Positions 1 to 12,489 of a stretch of 64,000 bases of DNA are shown here, piece by piece. This DNA is from Octopus bimaculoides (Eukaryota), in assembly GCF_001194135.2 (NCBI RefSeq), contig NC_068999.1, positions 24,455,946-24,519,945 of the forward strand, given 5' to 3'. Position numbers and translations under genes: made by a program. Under the pieces are notes generated by a model that saw only the letters and a list, made by a program, of their open reading frames with translations, had not been told where the DNA came from and made no database searches. Within the stretch, counting starts at the first letter, position 1, and every line of letters begins with the position of its first letter.

Positions 1-350
1 CATGTATCTCCTCTATGGCAAAACATCTGTGCTTATCCCTATGTCCTATTTTAGCCTCTCAACACTTGGCACAAAGCTACCACCCTCTCTACTACAAACC
101 CACTGAGTGCAAAGGTCTATTTCTTTGTCTTGTGAGTTACTTGGTGAACTTACCTGGTTCCTCATGGTGGTCACCATATAGTGAGAAATTAGCAGTGCAA
201 CTTGAAGCTATCCAATACTGTTATACTAACAGGTTAGACTTTATGCAACAGATGAGCTACTGGAAGAGACTGAAGGAATTGAAACTTTTTCCAATGGTGC
301 AATAATATGAAAGTTAGACAAGACTATATTTCTGGAATAGGACCTCTTTT
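1..350 (+). mobile_element. CR1-like LINE, degenerate C-terminal RT region
   Basis: WSPYSEKLAVQLEAIQ...MSYWKRLKELKL resembles the CR1 WSPY...LE.IQR...SYWERLK.LKL tail. Confidence 0.6.
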
Positions 351-1265
351 GTTGTTCTCACACAAATGAAAAATTTTCAAATTAGGTCTATTGATATAAT
401 TTTGGGCACTGAATCTGAATTGGGGTTCATGTATTCCCAGAAAATGCTTTAAAATGTTACAGAGGTTCAAAGTTTAATGATTTTTAGTCCAACCAGAAAA
501 TAGGAATTGGAGACTGGCATTTTCTGCATGATAACAGAAAATGACAGACAGAAATTAAATCAGGCACAAAATGATATCCCTTGTCAAAACTTGTGGTGGC
601 GATTGTTGTGGTGAAAGTGTCACAGTCACTTAAGTACAGCATCCTTGTTACAATGAAGCAGGGTCTACTACAGTTTTGCATGTTTCTATGTAAACAGATA
701 CCAATGTGACATTTATGGCCATGTGCATAATGGTGGCTTTTGATTGGTTATATATTTGTGTGTGTGTATATATATATATATAGAAATATATACCACCACA
801 CCATACACCACCATACCACACAACTCCACATTACATCACACCACCACACACACACACTAGCACTGACTACTTCCCAGCCCCACACCATCTACACACCTAC
901 ACATACGCACACGCACATGTCAAGGTCACCAGCCCTCTTCCACATGCACATACATGCTCTCTTATACACACACACATGCACCTTCGTTTTGGGATCACCA
1001 CTACTTTACTATCTCCCCTTCTTCCTAGCTCTCCTGTGTGACCCCTCTGTCCATCATTTGCCATGATAGATCGCTAGCCGCTACACATTCTTTATTTTCC
1101 CTCCTTGTTTCTTCCTGTGTTCCTTTCTGTGGAAGAGTTGGCTCGAAATGTTTAAGATTTTTCACTTCCCGAGCGTTAAACTAAGACATCTGTTTGTTGT
1201 CTACACCACCTGTCTTCATCTTTTGTTTTTTTTTGTGAATTCTCCCTATATATATATATATGTAT

Positions 1266-1302
<37 letters not shown>

Positions 1303-2281
1303 AAGACATATATACATATACATACATACATACATATATACATACATAAAACATACTTGGAAATGGATGCGTGGCATTCAATCATATAATAATATAAATA
1401 ATATAAATATATATGTATATATACATGCATACATGTACATACCTACATACATATATGTATAAACACATGCATATATATACACACACTCACACACACACAC
1501 AAACATATACATTTACATATATTCATATGTAAAATATATACACATACACACATGCTCACAAACACACATATAATGCATTCATATATAGAGAAAGATATAG
1601 ATAAATATTNNNNNNNNNNNNNNNNNNNNNNNNNNNNNNNNNNNNNNNNNNNNNNNNNNNNNNNNNNNNNNNNNNNNNNNNNNNNNNNNNNNNNNNNNNN
1701 NNNNNNNNNNNNNNNNNNNNNNNNNNNNNNNNNNNNNNNNNNNNNNNNNNNNNNNNNNNNNNNNNNNNNNNNNNNNNNNNNNNNNNNNNNNNNNNNNNNN
1801 NNNNNNNNNNNNNNNNNNNNNNNNNNNNNNNNNNNNNNNNNNNNNNNNNNNNNNNNNNNNNNNNNNNNNNNNNNNNNNNNNNNNNNNNNNNNNNNNNNNN
1901 NNNNNNNNNNNNNNNNNNNNNNNNNNNNNNNNNNNNNNNNNNNNNNNNNNNNNNNNNNNNNNNNNNNNNNNNNNNNNNNNNNNNNNNNNNNNNNNNNNNN
2001 NNNNNNNNNNNNNNNNNNNNNNNNNNNNNNNNNNNNNNNNNNNNNNNNNNNNNNNNNNNNNNNNNNNNNNNNNNNNNNNNNNNNNNNNNNNNNNNNNNNN
2101 NNNNNNNNNNNNNNNNNNNNNNNNNNNNNNNNNNNNNNNNNNNNNNNNNNNNNNNNNNNNNNNNNNNNNNNNNNNNNNNNNNNNNNNNNNNNNNNNNNNN
2201 NNNNNNNNNNNNNNNNNNNNNNNNNNNNNNNNNNNNNNNNNNNNNNNNNNNNNNNNNNNNNNNNNNNNNNNNNNNTATATA

Positions 2282-2314
<33 letters not shown>

Positions 2315-2345
2315 ATATACACGCATGCGCACACTTATACACACA

Positions 2346-2383
<38 letters not shown>

Positions 2384-2417
2384 CACATATGAATATACAT
2401 TTCTGTATACATATGTA

Positions 2418-2454
<37 letters not shown>

Positions 2455-3780
2455 TTAGAAGAGGATGTGTGGCGTTCAATCATATAATAATGGAAATAAT
2501 GTATATATGTATATATATATGCGTATATACATACGTATATGTACATACTTACATCTATATGTATATGTATATGCATATATGGCCATAAGATGTCACGAAA
2601 TGTGTACAACAGAAAATATGAAGTACGAGTACATGGAACATGAACCATTTTTTCAAACAACGAAAGACACAAATAGAAAACAAGACAACACAAACAACGA
2701 CCCTTCATCAGTTGTTGGCTGTTTTTCTGCTCTTGTATTTCGAGCATTTAACAACAATATATGCTTTTGATAAAACAGTTGCTCTCGCAAAGCAAATTAA
2801 ATAAAATTTGGGACTTTGCAGAGGGTCAAAATTGGTAACACAAACAGGACAATGAAAACAAACGGGAAGGGCTGCTGAGCCTAAACGAGGTTGTGGTGGT
2901 GAATGCATAAATCAAGCTTGGACATGAGACAGACAAGAACACATCTTCCTTGATGCAGCTACAACAGAGACCCACTACACTCTTAGAGTGGTTGGCATTA
3001 GGAAGGGCATCCAGCTGTAGAAACACTGCCAGATCAGACTGGAGCCTGATATGCCGAAACAGCTGTAAGATTAAACTTCTGTTCATCCTCTAATTCCTTA
3101 TGTACTTTGTACCTCTATATGTAAACCATGTTGGCAAAATAACATAGTCTGACATGNNNNNNNNNNNNNNNNNNNNNNNNNNNNNNNNNNNNNNNNNNNN
3201 NNNNNNNNNNNNNNNNNNNNNNNNNNNNNNNNNNNNNNNNNNNNNNNNNNNNNNNNNNNNNNNNNNNNNNNNNNNNNNNNNNNNNNNNNNNNNNNNNNNN
3301 NNNNNNNNNNNNNNNNNNNNNNNNNNNNNNNNNNNNNNNNNNNNNNNNNNNNNNNNNNNNNNNNNNNNNNNNNNNNNNNNNNNNNNNNNNNNNNNNNNNN
3401 NNNNNNNNNNNNNNNNNNNNNNNNNNNNNNNNNNNNNNNNNNNNNNNNNNNNNNNNNNNNNNNNNNNNNNNNNNNNNNNNNNNNNNNNNNNNNNNNNNNN
3501 NNNNNNNNNNNNNNNNNNNNNNNNNNNNNNNNNNNNNNNNNNNNNNNNNNNNNNNNNNNNNNNNNNNNNNNNNNNNNNNNNNNNNNNNNNNNNNNNNNNN
3601 NNNNNNNNNNNNNNNNNNNNNNNNNNNNNNNNNNNNNNNNNNNNNNNNNNNNNNNNNNNNNNNNNNNNNNNNNNNNNNNNNNNNNNNNNNNNNNNNNNNN
3701 NNNNNNNNNNNNNNNNNNNNNNNNNNNNNNNNNNNNNNNNNNNNNNNNNNNNNNATATATATATATATATATATACATAT

Positions 3781-4200
3781 ATATGTAGGTGCAGGTGCAG
3801 GTGTAGTAAGAAGCTTGCTTCCCAGCCACATCATTCCAGGTTCAGTCCCACTGTGTGGCACCTTGGGCAAATGTCTTCTATTATAGCCTCAGGCTGATCA
3901 GAGCCTTGTGAGTAGATTTGGTAGATGGAAACTGAAAGAAGCCCGTCATGTATATATATATATATGTATGTATGTACATATTTATGTGTGTATGCCTCAG
4001 TGTTTGTGTTTGTCCACCCACCATTGCTTGACAACTGATGTTGGTGTGTTTATGTCCCTGAAACTTAGTGGTTCGGCAAAAGAGAGCGATAGAATAAGTA
4101 GTAGGCTTGCAAAGAACAAGTCCTGGGGTTGATTTCTTCGACTAAAGGCAGTGCTCCGTCATGGCTACAGCCAAATGAGTGAAACGTGTAAAAGAGTAAA
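3781..4200 (+). mobile_element. tRNA-derived SINE with internal microsatellite (family A). Other copies approx. 10884-11277 +, 13270-13660 -, 14410-14560 -, 48250-48660 -, 51815-52190 +, 63040-63380 -
   Basis: Shared blocks ggttcagtcccactg..gcaccttgggcaa..gccttgtgagtggatttggtagatggaaactg and a common 3' part recur across the window. Confidence 0.75.
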
Positions 4201-4237
4201 AGAATATATATACATGCATACATACACACATACATAC

Positions 4238-4280
<43 letters not shown>

Positions 4281-5296
4281 NNNNNNNNNNNNNNNNNNNN
4301 NNNNNNNNNNNNNNNNNNNNNNNNNNNNNNNNNNNNNNNNNNNNNNNNNNNNNNNNNNNNNNNNNNNNNNNNNNNNNNNNNNNNNNNNNNNNNNNNNNNN
4401 NNNNNNNNNNNNNNNNNNNNNNNNNNNNNNNNNNNNNNNNNNNNNNNNNNNNNNNNNNNNNNNNNNNNNNNNNNNNNNNNNNNNNNNNNNNNNNNNNNNN
4501 NNNNNNNNNNNNNNNNNNNNNNNNNNNNNNNNNNNNNNNNNNNNNNNNNNNNNNNNNNNNNNNNNNNNNNNNNNNNNNNNNNNNNNNNNNNNNNNNNNNN
4601 NNNNNNNNNNNNNNNNNNNNNNNNNNNNNNNNNNNNNNNNNNNNNNNNNNNNNNNNNNNNNNNNNNNNNNNNNNNNNNNNNNNNNNNNNNNNNNNNNNNN
4701 NNNNNNNNNNNNNNNNNNNNNNNNNNNNNNNNNNNNNNNNNNNNNNNNNNNNNNNNNNNNNNNNNNNNNNNNNNNNNNNNNNNNNNNNNNNNNNNNNNNN
4801 NNNNNNNNNNNNNNNNNNNNNNNNNNNNNNNNNNNNNNNNNNNNNNNNNNNNNNNNNNNNNNNNNNNNNNNNNNNNNNNNNNNNNNNNNNNNNNNNNNNN
4901 NNNNNNNNNNNNNNNNNNNNNNNNNNNNNNNNNNNNNNNNNNNNNNNNNNNNNNNNNNNNNNNNNNNNNNNNNNNNNNNNNNNNNNNNNNNNNNNNNNNN
5001 NNNNNNNNNNNNNNNNNNNNNNNNNNNNNNNNNNNNNNNNNNNNNNNNNNNNNNNNNNNNNNNNNNNNNNNNNNNNNNNNNNNNNNNNNNNNNNNNNNNN
5101 NNNNNNNNNNNNNNNNNNNNNNNNNNNNNNNNNNNNNNNNNNNNNNNNNNNNNNNNNNNNNNNNNNNNNNNNNNNNNNNNNNNNNNNNNNNNNNNNNNNN
5201 NNNNNNNNNNNNNNNNNNNNNNNNNNNNNNNNNNNNNNNNNNNNNNNNNNAATATAAAGGATCAAATATATAAATATATAAATATAAATATATAAA

Positions 5297-5336
5297 GGCG
5301 ACTCGAGTTTCAGGGCTATTTCCCTTCGTCATGGCC
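5297..5336 (-). ncRNA. Minimal type I hammerhead ribozyme-like motif (one extra nucleotide in the core)
   Basis: Minus strand GGC-C(A)UGACGA-AGGG/aaauag/CCCU-GAAA-C/ucga/GU-C-GCC: helix I GGC:GCC, helix II AGGG:CCCU, palindromic helix III ACUCGAGU, GUC cleavage triplet. Confidence 0.6.
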
Positions 5337-5525
5337 GGTATGACAGACTTTAATGGTGCCATCCATTTTTATTTTATTTTATTTTATATTATATATTGTA
5401 TATTATATTATATATTGTATATTCCATATTCTATACCCCACATTGGTTTTGCAGGAATATAAATAAAACATAAAAAACAGACAGTGTTGGAAATCTTTTA
5501 AACTAAATAATATATATATATATAT

Positions 5526-5579
<54 letters not shown>

Positions 5580-5585
5580 ATATAT

Positions 5586-5618
<33 letters not shown>

Positions 5619-7316
5619 CACATACATATATATATACATACATACATACATATATATACATATACACACACACACACACATATATGTGTATATTATATTA
5701 TATTATATTATATTACACACACATACACACACACACGCATATGTATTATATGTATATATATATATTTAGTAAGTTTCAAGTTATACATTGGTTGATGAGT
5801 AAAAAAAGTCATTGTTGTTTTGTCATAGTCCTGAAAGAAATGACATATTTGGTATTGAATGAAGATACTGTTGGCTATCCCAGTTTTATTTTTAAATTCA
5901 TATATTGACTTCTTGGCAAGAGAGAGTTGTCAAGTAAGTGTAAATCAAAGTCATTCGCATAGCTTAGTGAAAGCTCCTAATACGTCATCAGTCAACACAT
6001 TGTCACACATTAGTTACAAATGACGCATGTTATGCAACTCCTCCTCCCTCTCCTCCTCCTCCTCTTCTTTTTCTTCCTCCTACACACAGAAATCATTCTT
6101 CTGTGAATAATGTTTATAGATTAATGTCTTTTGACGTTACAGAACAACTAACAGCATGAATCAAGTAGTGCAAATGAACCGGACATAAAGGATTTCAGTT
6201 TTAGGTCAGACAATTCCTATCACATGAATCATTAACAAGTTGAACTTCTGTTTTAAGAAATATATTATAAAAAATACATATGAAAATGAGAAAAAAAAAT
6301 AAATGAAAATATTTATTAAAGTGGTACAATTTTTTTAATATTTGGTGTTAGTTTTTTTTTTGTTGGTGTGTTACTTGGGTTTATTAAGCTACTGCTTAAG
6401 TTTGCAATCTATCTTAAAAGATTATCTATTTTGACTTGTCTTACATTTTGAGGGGGTGGGTGGGGGGTTTCTCACAAAATTAAAATAGATTTTTAAAATA
6501 TTCCTAAAATTCTGAACAAAGCTGCACAAGAAAATCTTCCTAAAAACAATATTGTTTTAGAATCTCTTAAAATACAAAAAATAAACTCTGGCTCATTAAA
6601 CAAAAGATCAACTTAATGGCTGGCTGTATCTGACATCCCTCCTCAGTGATTTCTGTAAGACTACTTTATTACCTTTGAAGAAACTAAAATATATAACATC
6701 TCTCCTTAGCAAACTCCTCAGATAACGAAGCAGGCCTCCTTGTGATGTACTTTGCTCATTTTTCTCTTTCTTCAGCATCTTTGAGGAGTTTAGCTTTTCC
6801 CATTCCCTGACTATGTTGACCAATTTTGTCTTACTTTTTCTTCACTTTCCTCCTTGTCTATTTAACTGATGTTATCTAAGTCATCACTATTGAGAGTTCC
6901 TCCACTCTCATCAGAGTCTGTGATTTCTTTTTGTTTTTCAATGTCTCTTCAACAATTCATTTATTTTAAAATAGTAGGAGATATTCATCATCCTCATCTT
7001 CACTTATCGTCTGTTTTCCATGCTGGTATGGGTTGAACAGTTTGACAAACCTGGCCAGCTGAAGCAGGATGCAGGGGACATGCCGCTAAGCATTTTTCGC
7101 CCTGTGTGCTAATGATTCTGCCAGCTTGCTGCCTTAATAATGATGATGATGATGATTTGTAATTTAGGCTGAAAGCCTGTAATTTTGGTGGGGAAAAAAA
7201 GTTAGCTTGATATTGGCTGGGTTTGAACTCAGAACAGAAAGTGCCAGAATAAATACTGCAAGGCATTTGTCTAATGCTAATGATGCTGCCAATCCAATAA
7301 GAATTCTTTGTAATGA

Positions 7317-7318
7317 TG

Positions 7319-7389
<71 letters not shown>
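7317..7389. repeat. (AAT)n microsatellite
   Basis: Perfect AAT run; source of the poly-I/N/Y ORFs. Confidence 0.95.
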
Positions 7390-7770
7390 CCTTTCTAATA
7401 TAGGCACAAAACCTTAAATTTTGGCAGAGGGATACTCCATTGGTACTTATTTTATTGAAACCCAAAAGGATGTGAAGCAAAATCAACTGGAATTTGAACT
7501 CAGAACATAAAGGGCCTGAACAAATTCCATTTAGCATATGTCTAGTGCATAATGGTTTCAAATTTTGGCACAAGGCCAGCGATTTTTTGAGGAGGGGTAA
7601 GTTGATTACATGGACCCTAATTCAACTGATACTTATTTTACTGATCCAGAAAGGATGAAAGACGAAGTCCACCCTGGTGGAGTTTGAATTTAGAACATAA
7701 AGATGGATGAAATGCTGCTAAGCATTTTCCCTGGCATTCTAATGATTCTGTCAGCTCACTGTCTTAATTA
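7390..7770 (+). mobile_element. Tandem copies of a SINE-like repeat (family C). Others approx. 9530-9730, 9830-10010, 12720-12885, 33250-33440, 35860-36010, 49620-49840, 51440-51650
   Basis: Recurrent gcacaaggccagc..tggtacttatt..gaaaggatgaaag..gaatttgaactcagaac..gctaagcattt block. Confidence 0.7.
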
Positions 7771-7971
7771 TAATGGGCAGCTTGAGGGAGAGGATTAAGT
7801 CAAATACATTAACCCCAGTGCATAACTGGTACTTATTTAATCGACCCCGAAAGGATGAAAGACAAAGCTGTGTGCCTGGTGTACTCTTATCACATGGGTA
7901 GTCATGATGGGTATACTGGGCTTCATATATTTCACCCCAGTGTCACTTTGATGGCATGCACTGCTCTCTCA

Positions 7972-8050
7972 CTCAATAATAATAATGATGATGATAATAA
8001 TAATAATAATAATGATAATAATAATGATAATAATAATAATAATAATAATC

Positions 8051-8081
<31 letters not shown>

Positions 8082-8128
8082 TAATAATAATAATGATAAT
8101 AATAATAATAATAATAATAATCATCATC

Positions 8129-8165
<37 letters not shown>
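7972..8165. repeat. Compound (AAT/GAT/CAT)n microsatellite
   Basis: Seen directly; fused in frame to the LINE fragment in ORF 7855-8376. Confidence 0.95.
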
Positions 8166-8168
8166 TAA

Positions 8169-9155
8169 TGGAAAAACAATCAGCCATCTCTTATGTATAG
8201 ATGATCTAAAACTGTATGCTACAAAAGATAAACAGCTGGAAACATTACTACAGACAGTACATGGATTTACCAAAGAAATAAACATGAAATTTGGCTTAGA
8301 AAATTGTGCCAAAGCAACCTTGAAAAGAGGGAAACTTAGACCAAAGCCAGACATACGAATACTTAGGAATCAATGAACTAGATACGATACAATACACACA
8401 AATGAAAGAGAAGATAAGAAAAGAATACAATAAACGAGTTAGATTAATACTGAAAACAGAGTTAAATGCAAAAAACAGGATAATAGGTATCAACATTCTA
8501 GCCATCCCAGTTATCAGTTACAGCTACAATATTCTTAACTGGACTCTAAATGAACTAATCAAAATAGACAGAAAGACAAGAAAATAATGACAGGATTTAG
8601 GATGCACCAAACAAAACCTGACATAGAAAGGTTATATATACAATGTATTGAAGGTGATAAAGGCCTTATACAGCTAGAAAACGATTACAAAATAACCACC
8701 TTAGGACCACAGAAATACCTACTTCAGAAGCAAGGGAAACTAATACAAATAGCCATAAAATTTGAACAAAACAAAAAACCGTTTTCAGTCTTTAAGGAAG
8801 CTCACAAATGCAAAAAAGAAGTCATTGTACCTAACAACTATGGAGAAAAAGAAGAAACAACAAAAGCTGTAAAACAACTGAAATCCAAATTGAAACTGGA
8901 ACAGCAATGAATCATGATAAAACAATGGCAAGAAAAGTCCCTTTATGGCAAATACTGGGTTAAACTAAACAGAAAAGAAATAGACAAAGCAAAATCCCAA
9001 CAATGGCTGAAAAGCTCAGGACTCAAAGAAGAGGCTGAAGGATTTTTAATTGCAGCACAAGATCAAAGTCTTCCCACCAGAAATTACCAAAAACATGTAA
9101 TGAGAAGAAATATAACAAGTAACTGCGGAATATATGATGATAGAAAAGAAACTCC
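8169..9155 (+). mobile_element. R4/Dong-like (restriction-like endonuclease class) non-LTR retrotransposon RT fragment, frameshifted
   Basis: ISHLLCIDDLKLYA (YxDD motif decayed), MKFGLENCAK, KTELNAKNRIIGIN, EAEGFLIAAQDQSLPTRNY. Confidence 0.8.
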
Positions 9156-9184
9156 CTGGTACCAAAAAAGTTCAGGCAGCTCCT

Positions 9185-9510
9185 AAGGGCCCTGAACAAT
9201 GTACAAGTCTCACAACAATAGAGCAAGACAGGGAAGACCAGAGACTTCAAGACCTGAAACTTTGTCTTCCTGCAAAGATATTGGCAGGACCAAACACCCT
9301 TGTCCAATGAGTCCACAACTGCTCCAGCTTGTCCAAGTCTTTTTAGGACTTCTTGGAATCTCACTACTGAGATAAGTGAAGCAGTTAGCAACTTCAACAT
9401 TCTCACCTGCAATAAAGACAGATAAGGTGGAGTCCTCAAAGAAACCAATGAAAGACTGGATATCTGTCTTGATCCAAGAGATCCTAAGGCTAACTGGTTC
9501 CACTTCCTAA
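9185..9510 (-). mobile_element. RTE-clade LINE fragment
   Basis: CFTYLSSEI and KTKFQVLKSLVFPVLLYCCET match the RTE RT thumb region. Confidence 0.7.
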
Positions 9511-9759
9511 CTGAGTAATAATAATACTAATTGTTTCCAATTTTGGCAAAAGGCCAGCAATTTTGGAGGTGGTGGGAAATTGATTGCACTGACCTCAGTA
9601 CTCAACCCCACCAAAAGAACAAAGGGCAAAGTTGCCCTTAGCAGAATTTGAACTCAGAACATAAAGATGAGCAAAATGTTGCTAAGCATTTTGTCCAGTG
9701 TGCTAACAATTCTGCCAGCTGTCTGCCTTAATAACAATACTTCTGCTGCGGCTGCTATT

Positions 9760-9769
9760 ACTACTACTG

Positions 9770-9825
<56 letters not shown>
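9760..9825. repeat. (ACT)n microsatellite
   Basis: Seen directly. Confidence 0.95.
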
Positions 9826-9826
<1 letters not shown>

Positions 9827-10018
9827 CTTTCTACTATAGGCACAAGGTCTGAAGTTTGGGGATTAGTCAATTACATTGACTTCAGTGTCTCACTAGTTTT
9901 TAATTTATTGACCCTGAAGAGATGAAAAGCATAGTCGACCTTGGTGGAATTTGAAATCAGAACTTCAAGATGGATGAAATACTGCTAAGCATTTTGCCTG
10001 GCATGCTACTGGGCACTG

Positions 10019-10215
10019 CAAAATTGCACTACTGGGCACTGCACACATCCTACGCAAAACACTTTCAATACAGTAACCATAAGAGCATCACAGCAAACCA
10101 CAGCACATACCCAAGGCACACAGAGCTGCGCTCGGTAGTGAAGCGAAAGCACGCTATAAAAATAAAACTACTGAATAATAATGATAATAATAACAATAAT
10201 AATAATGATAATAAT
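10019..10215 (+). mobile_element. 3' end of an R4/Dong-like LINE with (AAT)n tail
   Basis: KIALLGTAHILRKTLSIQ* (stop at 10074-10076), short 3' UTR and AAT tail; ctactgggcactgca is duplicated at the 5' junction. Confidence 0.7.
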
Positions 10216-11493
10216 GAGCAGCAGCAGTAGTCGTAATAAGGAAGCAAGAAATTGAAAGCTATCAAAAGTTATCTGAAAATTGTAAGAGTACTCTCTGTTC
10301 CTAAAGGAATAAATTATAATTAGTAGTGGCAAATAAAAAAAACTCCAACAAGGAGTGTTTCAATTCTATCCACTGATTTCAGACAAATTTATTTTTTATG
10401 TTCCATGTCAAAGCCATAAAGAAACCGACCCCTGATGATTATCTATTTGGAAATAATGACCTTGAAATAGACTATAATTAGGAATTATAGTCACAATTAT
10501 TTAGACCTATATGCAGCTGTGCAGAGGCCCACCTAACAAAAATGTGATCATATTAGAATTTCTGAAAGTAAAAATAATGATGAATAACAATAAGAGCATT
10601 GTAAAAAAAAAAAGAAAACAAAAGGGAGAGATTATGACAAGCAATCTTTGCTAAGATGTTAAGAGATTTGAGAAATGAGTGTGCGCTGCTTTAATCATAA
10701 TGAGCTTAATTGAAAGAAACCCAAAACAGCCTATTAGAAGATTAAGTAAGTCAGACAAAACTGTCAGTCATAATAAAAAAATTTTAAAAACCCAGCGTGG
10801 ATTACAAAGGAGACTTGACTAAGGCAGAGAAATTAGAATAGGAATGATGTAATTTATTAGATTGAATTTTTATAAAATGCTTGGTATGGCTGTGTGGTTA
10901 AGAAGTTTGCTTTACACCCACATTATTTTGGGTTCAGTCCTATTGTGCAGCACCTTAGGCAAGTGTCTCCTACTGTAACCCTGTGTTCACCAGTACCTTG
11001 TGAGTGAATTTGGTAGACGGAAACTGTGTAGAAGCCCATCATGTGTGTGTGTATGTGTGTGATACTTGAATCTGTCCTCTCTCACTGGTTGACAAGTTGT
11101 TGGTTTGTTTATGTCCCCTTTACTTAGCAGTTTAGTAAAAGAGGTTGATAGAATAAGTGCCAGACTTTAAAAAGAAAAAAAAAAAATGAAATACTGGGGT
11201 CAGTTTGTTTGACTAAACCCTTCAAAGTGGTGACCCAGCACAGTCCAATGACTGAAACAAATAAAAGATAAAAGATCTAAGATAAATCTTAACATAAGCC
11301 TAACCTTCATTTATCCAAGATAACCCTCCCCGACACTTTGTTCAAACTCTCACTTATTTTATGACTTGAATTGTCTAGTTGAAGCCTCTGTAATTTCTCC
11401 TTCTCAGTACTTTCTAATGTGTCCAAGTTAGAAGTCACTTTCAGCTTCTTAAACATTATTTATACTCCCACATGAAAAAAAAAATAGCTTTAT

Positions 11494-11531
<38 letters not shown>

Positions 11532-12093
11532 TTAACATCTGTTTTCCATACTGGGATGAGTTGGACGGTTTGACAGAAGCTGGTAAGGCCAGGAACTGCA
11601 CCTAGTTCCATTGTCTGTTTGACATGGTTTCTATGGTTGAATGTTCTTACTAATGCCAACCACTTTACAAAGTGTACTGAGTGCTTTTTTATGTGGCAAA
11701 CAGCACCAACAGGATGACCAAGCAACTTGCAAGACAAAAGTCCTTGGCTTGGAGAAGGGTAGTAGTATTGAGTGGAGTGGCTTTGTGCCAGTCGAGAGAT
11801 TAAAAGTATAGAGGGACAAGGATAGAAGTCTTGCTGTAGAGTAGATACATGGACAACTCAGTTGGAAAACAAAGGAGATTGAGTGAGAGAGTAAGATAAA
11901 GAGGGCAATAGTGCTGGTGACGATGATGTGTGGAGACATACCCTTGAGGGACATTGGAGGTGGTGAGAATAGGTGAGGTGAATCAGAGGGTTTGGACTGG
12001 GTGAGTGGGCAGTGTACAGGTGGTTGTAGTGAATAATGGAGTGGAATATAGGAGAGACTCAGAGGTGGAGGTTGTGGTAGATATGTGACGACT

Positions 12094-12489
12094 ATCGCCA
12101 TTGTTGTTGTTGGCACTCCGTCGCTTACGACGTCGGGGGTTCCAGTTGATCCGATCAACGAAACAGCCTGCTCGTGAAATTAATGTGCAAGTGGCTGAGC
12201 ACTCCACAGACACGTGTACCCTTAACATAGTTCTCGGGGATATTCAGCATGCCACAATGTGACAAGGCTGGCCTTTTGAATTACGGGCACAACAGAAACA
12301 GGAAGTAAGAGTGAGAGAAAGTTGTGGTGAAAGAGTACAGCAGGGTTCGCCACCATCCCCTGCCGGAGCCTTGTGGAGCTTTAGGTGTTTTCGCTCAATA
12401 AATACTCACAACGCCTGGTCTGGGAATCGAAACCGCAATCCTATGACTGCGAGTCCGCTGCCCTAACCACTGGGCCATTGCGCCTCCAC
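12094..12489 (-). mobile_element. tRNA-derived SINE (family B), well preserved. Other copies approx. 16341-16597 +, 27560-27710 -, 38990-39183 -, 50990-51290 -, 52330-52595 -, 53030-53220 +
   Basis: Head GTGGAGGCGCAATGGCCCAGTGG (A box) ... GGTTTCGATTCC (B box); body gtggctgagcactccacagacacg recurs in other copies; (AAC)n tail. Confidence 0.8.

Noticed and set aside
1125-1165. ctgtggaagagttggctcgaaat, hammerhead-like tail of a Penelope-like repeat
   Set aside because: Core box non-canonical, helix II loop too short and helix I absent; at most a decayed relic.
740-5908. Long ORFs rich in Y/I/H/T/C/V and X
   Set aside because: Translations of (TA)n/(CA)n microsatellites and N gaps; no coding signal.
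5940-5995. Minus-strand CTGATGA...GAAT resembling another hammerhead
   Set aside because: Helix II does not close at its first pair, GAAA is GAAT, and no helix I/III pairing was found.
7855-8376. 173-aa ORF with a poly-Asn tract
   Set aside because: Chance in-frame fusion of a SINE tail, an (AAT)n microsatellite and a decayed LINE RT fragment.
12420-12489. tRNA-like sequence with A and B boxes
   Set aside because: It continues directly into a repeated SINE body; it is a SINE head, not a tRNA gene.
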